From the sequence record SRR16203515_4249: a stretch of 46,766 nucleotides of DNA; one strand, given 5' to 3'. The notes under the pieces are model-generated. The model was not told the DNA's origin and searched no databases. It saw only the letters and a program-made list of their open reading frames with translations. A program made the position numbers and the translations under genes. Positions 20,575 to 28,148 of the stretch are shown piece after piece (the first letter of the stretch is position 1; every line of letters begins with the position of its first letter).

Positions 20575-21501
20575 GTTTTTCAGCGGCTCTAGGGTTTGTT
20601 GCAAACGGGAACGACGTTTTTCATGCTGTTCGGGGAGTTTGAGCGCGGTACCCAGTGATGCCACATCTTCGTCTGAGGTGAACCCGGGTTCATCTGTGGC
20701 AACCTCAAACAATACGCCCGCAGGTGTGCGGAAATAAATTGCATGAAAATAATTGCGATCACGCACGTCCGTCACGCGGTACCCTGCATCCGTTAATGCC
20801 GATTGCACCGCCAATTGGTCTGCTTTGGTAGTTACAGAAAATGCGATGTGATGCACTGATCCAGCACCCTCTTTCGATTTTTCGGCATTGGGCAATTCGA
20901 TCAGATCAATCTTATTCGCCGCATTTCCGTTGGCGACTGTCAAACGTGTAACTGCGCCTTCTGTTGCGGACACAGAATATCCCATAAAGGTCAGCAACTC
21001 GATCATTGGGGCCGCAGCATTGACGCGCATATCCGCCGAGTGAAATCCGCGAATTGCGGGCTCTGCGGGGATGTCATCTGTGGTCCAAGGTGTGCGATCA
21101 TCCGCGGCCTCGACCAAGGCAAAGTGATCTCCATCAGGGCCATAAAATTCCAAACGCTGCTCCCCAAAGCGATTGGTCGGCGTTGCGTGGCCCGCACCAA
21201 TCGCATGTAAGCGTTCACGCCAAAACGGAATGCTGCCCCTTGGAATGCTAAAAGCTGTTGTGCCCACTTCGCCCGTTCCACGACGCCCTCGAGCGATGTT
21301 TGGAAACGGGAAATACGTCAGAACACTGCCTGCATTTCCAACTGTATCCCCGTAATACAGGTGATATACCTCGGGATTGTCGAAATTCACTGTCGCCTTA
21401 ATTCGGCGCAGGCCCAAACCTTCGGAAAAAAATGTGCTATTTTCGGATGCAGATGACGCCAATGATGTGACGTGGTGCAATCCATTGATCTGATGTAACA
21501 T
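20563..21501 (-). CDS. VOC superfamily ring-cleaving dioxygenase (MhqO-like)
   Basis: GLHHVT, TVNFD...YHLYYGD, GSVHHIAF, DRNYFHAIYFRTPAGVLFEVATD. Confidence 0.9.
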   Translation of the reverse strand: MLHQINGLHHVTSLASSASENSTFFSEGLGLRRIKATVNFDNPEVYHLYYGDTVGNAGSVLTYFPFPNIARGRRGTGEVGTTAFSIPRGSIPFWRERLHAIGAGHATPTNRFGEQRLEFYGPDGDHFALVEAADDRTPWTTDDIPAEPAIRGFHSADMRVNAAAPMIELLTFMGYSVSATEGAVTRLTVANGNAANKIDLIELPNAEKSKEGAGSVHHIAFSVTTKADQLAVQSALTDAGYRVTDVRDRNYFHAIYFRTPAGVLFEVATDEPGFTSDEDVASLGTALKLPEQHEKRRSRLQQTLEPLKNLQH

Positions 21502-21559
21502 CGGTGACCCCTTTTTGTTTGTCTGTAAATTAGGGTCACCTACCAAAAAGGAAATTTAC

Positions 21560-21592
21560 AAAAAATGCGCGGGGCCTGTGCAGCCCCGCACA
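21560..21592 (-). terminator. Intrinsic terminator after phbB
   Basis: Minus strand UGUGCGGGGC-loop-GCCCCGCGCA followed by a U6 tract. Confidence 0.75.
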
Positions 21593-21599
21593 GATCACA

Positions 21600-22322
21600 T
21601 TAAACGAAGAATTGACCGCCGTTTGCAGAAATCGTTGAGCCGTTGATAAAACCTGCGTCATCAGAAGCAAGGAATACAACGCAGCGTGCGATTTCTTCGG
21701 GCTCGCCCAGACGGCCAGTTGGAATTTGGCCAATGATGCTTTCACGCACTTTTTCAGGCACGGCCATCACCATTTCTGTTGCGATGTAACCTGGGCAAAT
21801 CGCGTTTGCAGTAATTCCTGCGCGCGCACCCTCTTGGGCCAATGATTTCACGATGCCTAAATCACCCGCTTTGGTCGCGGCATAGTTCACTTGGGCGAAC
21901 TGTCCTTTTTGTCCGTTGATCGACGAAATAACGATAACACGGCCAAATTTACGCTCACGCATGCCTGGCCAGATTGGGTGCACTGTGTTAAACACACCTG
22001 TTAGGTTCGTATCAACAACTTGATGCCACATCTCGGGTGTCATCTTGTGGAATGGGGCGTCTTTGGTGATACCGGCGTTTGCTACAACCACGTCGATCGG
22101 GCCTAATTCCGCTTCGACCTTAGCGATGCCTGCAGAACTTTCTTCGTAATCTGCAACATTCCATTTATAAGTCTTGATGCCAGCTTCGGCGGTAAAGTTT
22201 GCCGCAGCCTCATCGTTGCCCGCATATGTGGCTGCAACCTCATATCCTTCCGCTTTTAGCGCTTTTGAAATTGCAGCGCCTATACCGCGCGAACCACCAG
22301 TGACCAATGCTACACGAGCCAT
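21600..22322 (-). CDS. phbB: Acetoacetyl-CoA reductase
   Basis: TGGSRGIG, ISSINGQKGQFAQVNYAATKAG; directly downstream of the thiolase. Confidence 0.96.
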   Translation of the reverse strand: MARVALVTGGSRGIGAAISKALKAEGYEVAATYAGNDEAAANFTAEAGIKTYKWNVADYEESSAGIAKVEAELGPIDVVVANAGITKDAPFHKMTPEMWHQVVDTNLTGVFNTVHPIWPGMRERKFGRVIVISSINGQKGQFAQVNYAATKAGDLGIVKSLAQEGARAGITANAICPGYIATEMVMAVPEKVRESIIGQIPTGRLGEPEEIARCVVFLASDDAGFINGSTISANGGQFFV

Positions 22323-22400
22323 TTCGTCCTCCAAATAAAGTCTTTACGTAATTGTATTACTAATTTTTAAAAATCTTAGCAATATTATTACAACGTCAAA

Positions 22401-22417
22401 TTGCCGCACTGCGGCAC
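22401..22417. promoter_or_regulatory. PhaR-like palindromic box upstream of phbB
   Basis: Perfect palindrome TGCCGCA-C-TGCGGCA; a near-identical box lies upstream of phbA. Confidence 0.55.
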
Positions 22418-22439
22418 AAAAAAGGGGGCCGAAGCCCCC
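22418..22439 (-). terminator. Intrinsic terminator between phbA and phbB
   Basis: Minus strand GGGGGC-UUCG-GCCCCC-UUUUUU. Confidence 0.85.
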
Positions 22440-22451
22440 GATTGTTTCCGA

Positions 22452-23627
22452 TTATGGACGTTCGATGCACATCGCAACGCCCATGCCACCACCGATGCAT
22501 AGGGTGGCGAGGCCTTTTTTCGCATCGCGACGCTGCATTTCAAACAACAATGTATTCAAAACGCGGGCACCTGATGCACCAATTGGGTGACCGATTGCAA
22601 TCGCACCGCCATTTATGTTTACGATGGATGGATCCCAACCCATGTCCTTATTCACGGCGCAGGCCTGCGCAGCAAAGGCCTCGTTCGCTTCAACCAGATC
22701 AAGATCAGCAACGGACCAGCCCGCCTTGTCCAAGGCTTTGCGGCTGGCGTAAATGGGGCCAACACCCATGATTTTTGGGTCCAAGCCAGCAGTCGCATAG
22801 GATGCGATGCGCGCCATTGGTGTGATCCCACGCTTTTCTGCTTCTTCTGCTGACATCAACAATACGCCCGCAGCACCATCATTCAGGCCCGAGGCGTTTG
22901 CCGCTGTCACACTGCCGTCTTTGGTGAAAGCTGGGCGCAATTTCTGCATGCTTTCAATCGTGGCGCCGTAGCGGATATATTCATCTTTGTCGACGACAAT
23001 CTCACCTTTGCGCGTTTTGACAGTGAATGGGACCACCTCGTCATCAAAACGTCCCGCCTTTTGCGCGGCCTCTGCTTTGTTTTGAGATGCCAGCGCAAAT
23101 TCATCCTGCATATCGCGGCTTATCTGCCATTGCTCTGCAACGTTTTCCGCAGTCTGGCCCATGTGATACCCGTTAAAAGCATCCCACAAACCGTCACGGA
23201 TCATGCTGTCGATGTATTTCATATCGCCCATTTTTTGACCCGCACGCAAATGCGCAACATGGGGCGAAAGTGTCATGTTTTCTTGGCCACCTGCACAAAC
23301 AATGGACGCGTCACCCAGTTGAATGTGTTGTGCACCCAATGCAACGGCACGCAATCCAGAACCACACACTTGGTTCAGACCCCAAGCCGCGCTTTCGAGG
23401 GGAAGGCCTGCGTTGATGTGTGCCTGACGCGCAGGGTTTTGACCCTGACCCGCTGTCAAAACCTGGCCCATGATTGTTTCTGAAACGTCGGCTTTATCAA
23501 TACCTGCGCGTTCCACCAGTGCCTCAAGTACAGCCGCACCCAAATCGTGCGCAGGTGTGTTTGCAAAAGATCCGCCAAAACTGCCAACTGCGGTCCGTGC
23601 AGCAGACGCGATAACTACGTTTGTCAT
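22452..23627 (-). CDS. phbA: Acetyl-CoA acetyltransferase (beta-ketothiolase)
   Basis: [40 protein letters not shown] before ATG 23627. Confidence 0.96.
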   Translation of the reverse strand: MTNVVIASAARTAVGSFGGSFANTPAHDLGAAVLEALVERAGIDKADVSETIMGQVLTAGQGQNPARQAHINAGLPLESAAWGLNQVCGSGLRAVALGAQHIQLGDASIVCAGGQENMTLSPHVAHLRAGQKMGDMKYIDSMIRDGLWDAFNGYHMGQTAENVAEQWQISRDMQDEFALASQNKAEAAQKAGRFDDEVVPFTVKTRKGEIVVDKDEYIRYGATIESMQKLRPAFTKDGSVTAANASGLNDGAAGVLLMSAEEAEKRGITPMARIASYATAGLDPKIMGVGPIYASRKALDKAGWSVADLDLVEANEAFAAQACAVNKDMGWDPSIVNINGGAIAIGHPIGASGARVLNTLLFEMQRRDAKKGLATLCIGGGMGVAMCIERP

Positions 23628-23677
23628 AAAGTCCTCCATCTCATGGTGCGTGTCGCACGCCCAGAGACATACCGAAC

Positions 23678-23694
23678 TTGCTGCATCGCGGCAA
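23678..23694. promoter_or_regulatory. PhaR-like box upstream of phbA
   Basis: Imperfect palindrome TTGCTGCATCGCGGCAA that aligns with TTGCCGCACTGCGGCAC at 22401. Confidence 0.5.
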
Positions 23695-23707
23695 CAGTAT
23701 AAAATTG

Positions 23708-24351
23708 CTATGCCGTCGCAGCCTCTTGCTCTGAATATCCTTGATGCCAATTCGGATTGAGCGTTGGGACGCCCCAAAAATACCCATGTTGGCAGTCAAC
23801 CAATGTTTCACTCAGCCACTGACTGTCACGTTCGCACTCAACAGCTTTGGCAATTGTGAACATACCAAAGTGGTCTGAGATCGATCTAAGTGACTGTATC
23901 ATAACCTGATTGTCAGGATGAACAGCCACATTTTTGGTGAATTGCCCATCAATCTTGACGATATGAAACGCGAAGTCGCGCAAATAACGGAAGGACGTCG
24001 TCCCCGCCCCAAAATCATCCAGGGCAAATGTGATCCCGCGCTGTCGCAAATCACGCATGAAATGCATCACCAATTCTGGCACCAACATTGCCGAACTTTC
24101 CGTGAGTTCTAGAATAAGACGATCCGCAATCGAAGATTCGTGGCGCAAGGCGGGTCCTGCAATATCCACCCATTGACCATACCCGATGGACGGCGGGTTG
24201 CCACGATCGGTTGATAGGCCAGAAGCACGGTTTTCTATTTAAGCGCCGTGCGCAAATAAGACAGGACATCTGAATCACGCCGCGCTGTCGCGTAATCCAG
24301 CGGATTATCTTCGGATGCGGCAATGTCATAACGCTTGCGATCAACCATCAT
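23708..24351 (-). pseudogene. Stand-alone EAL phosphodiesterase with a nonsense codon and an internal out-of-frame deletion
   Basis: GGAGG RBS and ATG 24351: MMVDRKRY...LRTALK*KTVLLAYQPIVATRR (TAG 24235-24237), then a frame jump to SIGYGQW...RLILELTES...ALDDFGAG...VKIDGQF. The segment carrying the EAL motif is absent. Confidence 0.82.
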
Positions 24352-24418
24352 CTTCCTCCATGATGAGACTGAATTGAAACTGAAATTCCCAATAAACCCT
24401 GAAGAAAGCATCAAAACG

Positions 24419-24982
24419 ATGGAACGGTGTCGCTGGGCGGAGGGAGATCCGCTGTATCAAGCTTATCATGATAAAGAATGGGGGGTGCCCGTTTACGATT
24501 CGAAAAAATTGTTTGAATGCCTGATGTTAGAGGGGTTTCAGGCTGGCTTAAGCTGGATCACAATTCTGAGAAAACGCGAGAATTTCAGAGCTGCATTCGA
24601 CAATTTTGATCCTAATATAATTTCCAATTGGGGCGAACAGGAAACTGAAAAATTGCTGCAAAACGCAGGAATTGTGCGCCACCGAGGCAAGATTGAAGGC
24701 GCGTTCACCTCAGCCCAGGCGTGGCAAATCATCGAAAAGGAACAGGGCTTTAGCAATTTTATCTGGGGTTTTGTGGACGGCAAATCAATCCAAAACACAT
24801 GGAGTGATCTAAGCGACGTACCCAGCAAATCAGAAAAAGCAGAGGCCCTGTCAAAGGCGTTGAAAAAACAGGGGTTCAAATTCTGCGGACCAACGATTGT
24901 TTACGCTTTTATGCAGGCAACTGGTTTGGTGAACGATCATATGCTGACATGCCCACAACACCCCCAAAACCAACGTCGGTAA
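24419..24982 (+). CDS. tag: DNA-3-methyladenine glycosylase I
   Basis: RCRWA...YHDKEWG, LEGFQAGLSWITIL, FKFCGPTIVYAFMQATGLVNDH...C. Confidence 0.95.
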   Translation: MERCRWAEGDPLYQAYHDKEWGVPVYDSKKLFECLMLEGFQAGLSWITILRKRENFRAAFDNFDPNIISNWGEQETEKLLQNAGIVRHRGKIEGAFTSAQAWQIIEKEQGFSNFIWGFVDGKSIQNTWSDLSDVPSKSEKAEALSKALKKQGFKFCGPTIVYAFMQATGLVNDHMLTCPQHPQNQRR

Positions 24983-25014
24983 CATGTCGATACAACGTCG
25001 GTATTATGTCGGTT
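24971..25014. repeat. Four 11-bp imperfect tandem repeats (GTCG core)
   Basis: CAACGTCGGTA / ACATGTCGATA / CAACGTCGGTA / TTATGTCGGTT. Confidence 0.7.
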
Positions 25015-25067
25015 TTCTTGTCAAACTTCGAATAATCTGATCTGGGACCAGAATGATTGGATGATGC

Positions 25068-26006
25068 ATGCTTCCTTCGAAATCTGGCTACGCCATCATG
25101 TTCATTGTGTTGGGGATGTTCTTTATCTCAGTCAATGACATGGTCATAAAACGGTTTTCTGGTGAATATCCATTGCACCAGATGGTTTTTTTACGCTCCG
25201 CAATTGGATTGTTATTCACGCTTATTTTGATCCAATTAGAAGGCGGCTGGCGCATCCTAAAAACGGATCAACCAGGATTGCATGCATTGCGTGCGGTGAT
25301 GGTCTTTGCATCAAACATGACATATTTTGCGGCACTTGCCGTTCTGCCCCTGCCTGACGCAACAGCGCTGTTCTTTATCGCACCGATTATGATCACCGTT
25401 CTGTCCATCCCGATCCTGGGTGAGCGCGTAGGGTCGCGAAGATGGGGGGCGGTGATCGTTGGATTTTGCGGCACGCTTATCATGGTACGTGCGCAGGGCA
25501 GCACGCGGGGCGACGTCAGTATTTGGATTTACCTGTTGCCAATCCTTGCTGCGTTTTTCTATGCAACCATGCAAGTGTTGACGCGGAAGCTTGCAAAAAC
25601 CAAAGCATCCGCAATGGCATTTTACATCCAGATTACGTTTGTTCTGTTCTGCGGGATCAGCGGCTTGATCGTTGGAAATGGTCAATTTGCTGATGGCGTG
25701 CAACATCCCAGTTTAGTCTTTCTTCTTCGTGCTTGGATTGTTCCAAGCGCCGCAGATATGTCGTATTTTGTCCTGATTGGCATTCTTGCGACAGGTGTTG
25801 GATATTGCCTGTCCCAAGCGTATCGCAGTGCGCCTGCTGCGACAGTTGCGCCATTTGAATATGTCCTATTACCCATGTCCATTATGTGGGGCTGGGTGAT
25901 ATTTGCGGACTGGCCTGGTCTGCCGGTTTGGTTTGGAAGCGCCATTATCATTGCGGCAGGGCTTTATGTAATATGGCGTGAACATAAGCTTACATCTCAA
26001 GACTGA
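25068..26006 (+). CDS. DMT (EamA) family transporter
   Basis: About 10 TM segments, ILGERVGSRRW, VAPFEY, GLYVIWRE. Confidence 0.9.
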   Translation: MLPSKSGYAIMFIVLGMFFISVNDMVIKRFSGEYPLHQMVFLRSAIGLLFTLILIQLEGGWRILKTDQPGLHALRAVMVFASNMTYFAALAVLPLPDATALFFIAPIMITVLSIPILGERVGSRRWGAVIVGFCGTLIMVRAQGSTRGDVSIWIYLLPILAAFFYATMQVLTRKLAKTKASAMAFYIQITFVLFCGISGLIVGNGQFADGVQHPSLVFLLRAWIVPSAADMSYFVLIGILATGVGYCLSQAYRSAPAATVAPFEYVLLPMSIMWGWVIFADWPGLPVWFGSAIIIAAGLYVIWREHKLTSQD

Positions 26007-26050
26007 CACAGGTTCGTTTATAGAAACCTAACTAGACAAAGTGGCGCTTG

Positions 26051-27061
26051 CTAACATCGTGTATTTTCCGCAAAATTTTGAGATTTAATGGCGATTTCCA
26101 TCGTTAAATACGCATGCTTCTGTGTCATTGCGGTTTCTGACTTGTCCTGAACATCCGTTATAAGATTCGCAAAATATGGCAAGGCTTGATCGCGGCAGTC
26201 GATATAGGTGTTCTGATCGCGGTTCACCAAATAAAGGTTATCGGTGCGGTGCGGCTGCCCGATATTGGTATATTTGCGAACCTCAATCGATCCTTCTGTG
26301 CCCAAAATAAACAGTCGGCCGTCCCCCCATGTCGGCAATCCATCTGGCGTGAACCAATCAAGGCGAAGATACCCATGTCCGCCATCCCCCATCAGGGTCA
26401 TTTCCCCATAATCCTGAAACCCGGGCTCATCGGGCATAGAGGTATTTTCGACGTGGGCATGGGCGATTTGAACATCTTTTGATCCGGTAAAGTGCAAAAA
26501 CTGATCTACTTGATGCGATCCAATATCGCATAATATTCCCCCATAACGTTCGCGTTCAAAGTACCAACGCGGGCGGGTTCTCAAATTTTGTTTATGCGGG
26601 GCAAGAGTGACAACCTGAACAACGCGTCCAATGTCACCTTGGCGCACCAATTCAGCGGCCTTTGTTACGGCGCGCACCTCAAAACGTTCGGAAAAATTGA
26701 CGGACCAAATGCGTCCTGTTCTTTCTTGTGTCGCCTTAATCGCTGCCAACTGCTCCAAGGTTGTGCACCCGGGTTTATCGACCATCACATCTTTGCCTGC
26801 TTCCATCGCCTCAATCGCCAGCGCTGCGCGATCCGCAGGGACAGCGGAAATCAGGATCATATCAATGTTTGGATCTTCTAAAATGCGGCGACGGTCCTGC
26901 ACTTTTTGGACCTGTGGGAAAACCTGATTGAATTTTTCCTCGGTCACAGCGAGCCCATCGGTCCAATACATGTCGCATGTGCACCCCTGCTGCTGCATAT
27001 GCGACAGCATGCCAAAGATGTGGCCGTGATCAATTCCCAGTATCCCTAGTTTTAACGCCAT
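26051..27061 (-). CDS. Gfo/Idh/MocA family oxidoreductase
   Basis: GIDHGHI, VDKP, GGILCDIGSHQVD, DWFTPDGLPTWGDGR. Confidence 0.88.
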   Translation of the reverse strand: MALKLGILGIDHGHIFGMLSHMQQQGCTCDMYWTDGLAVTEEKFNQVFPQVQKVQDRRRILEDPNIDMILISAVPADRAALAIEAMEAGKDVMVDKPGCTTLEQLAAIKATQERTGRIWSVNFSERFEVRAVTKAAELVRQGDIGRVVQVVTLAPHKQNLRTRPRWYFERERYGGILCDIGSHQVDQFLHFTGSKDVQIAHAHVENTSMPDEPGFQDYGEMTLMGDGGHGYLRLDWFTPDGLPTWGDGRLFILGTEGSIEVRKYTNIGQPHRTDNLYLVNRDQNTYIDCRDQALPYFANLITDVQDKSETAMTQKHAYLTMEIAIKSQNFAENTRC

Positions 27062-27064
27062 CTT

Positions 27065-28081
27065 TTACGCTGCCTCTACTGTGCAAATTGTGCCTGATTT
27101 TGAAGACCGCTCTAACGCGTCGATCAATGAATGAACCTTAAGCGCTTCTTCCCCTGTGACAAGGCAGGGGCGATTTTCCGCAATTGATCGCGCAAAATCT
27201 TCAATCATCCATTGATGCCAATCGGATGTAAACGCCATTGGGTCAGCGCCCGCGCCCGATGTCGCCGCTTGTCCAATCGTTTGGTTGCGTCCATCCCGCC
27301 AATCTATCTGAAGCGTTCCTGCATTCAGAGTCACACTGCCCTTGGCACAATGCAGGGTGATGGTTTCGCCCCGACCAGGGTAGGCAGATGTTGTCGCGAA
27401 CAAATGGCCCACGGCTCCTGACGCCAACCGCAAACCAGCGGACACAAAATCCTCGGCCTCCATTTGATGACTTTTCGATGTGGCCGTCAGCGCCGAAACA
27501 GTATTCACTGGTCCCGTCAACGACAGCATCAAATCCAGGGTGTGGATCGCCTGTGATATCATCACACCACCCCCATCACGCGCATAGGTTCCACGCCCTG
27601 GCGCATCATAATAGGTTTGATCACGCCACCACGGAACCGAAACCGCGACCACATGAATATCCCCAAGATCTTCGAGGAAGCGACGCAACTGCTCAAAAAC
27701 GGGACGGACGCGGTGTTGTAGCATGATGCCAAGCCGAACATCATTTTGCGCACAGATATCGACCAAATCACGTGCATTTTGTAAATTCCGCTCAACAGGT
27801 TTTTCCATCAAAATGGGTTTACCCGCACGTGCCAAGCGTTCAACAATATCCAACCGCGCATTGGGCGGCGTTGTTACAATCACAAAATCCACATCCGAAG
27901 CGATGATTTCATCAATGTCGTTTGCAGTGCGCGCACCCAAGTCGGGCCATTGTTGGACAAAGGCATCACGGCTGTCTGAAGTACGTGCGTAGACGAGATC
28001 AAGTGTGATATCCACGCTGTTCAATATGGCCTGCGCATAAGTGCCAGAAACCATTCCCAAACCAATTATCGCGCATTTCAT
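27065..28081 (-). CDS. Gfo/Idh/MocA family oxidoreductase
   Basis: IIGLGMV, MEKP, WWRDQTYY, DGGGVMISQAIHTLD. Confidence 0.88.
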   Translation of the reverse strand: MKCAIIGLGMVSGTYAQAILNSVDITLDLVYARTSDSRDAFVQQWPDLGARTANDIDEIIASDVDFVIVTTPPNARLDIVERLARAGKPILMEKPVERNLQNARDLVDICAQNDVRLGIMLQHRVRPVFEQLRRFLEDLGDIHVVAVSVPWWRDQTYYDAPGRGTYARDGGGVMISQAIHTLDLMLSLTGPVNTVSALTATSKSHQMEAEDFVSAGLRLASGAVGHLFATTSAYPGRGETITLHCAKGSVTLNAGTLQIDWRDGRNQTIGQAATSGAGADPMAFTSDWHQWMIEDFARSIAENRPCLVTGEEALKVHSLIDALERSSKSGTICTVEAA

Positions 28082-28148
28082 TGCCAATTCCCCAATCTGT
28101 TCATTGGAAATGTGGCACAGTGATTTCAAAGGGTCCATGCAAAACTGA

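Noticed and set aside
23628-23777. N-terminal extension of PhbA in the ORF track
   Set aside because: A strong GGAGG RBS precedes ATG 23627, and the extension overlaps the EAL pseudogene and the regulatory box.
24971-25014. CRISPR array or PHO box
   Set aside because: Units are 11 bp with no spacers and no cas genes; the core is not CTGTCAT.
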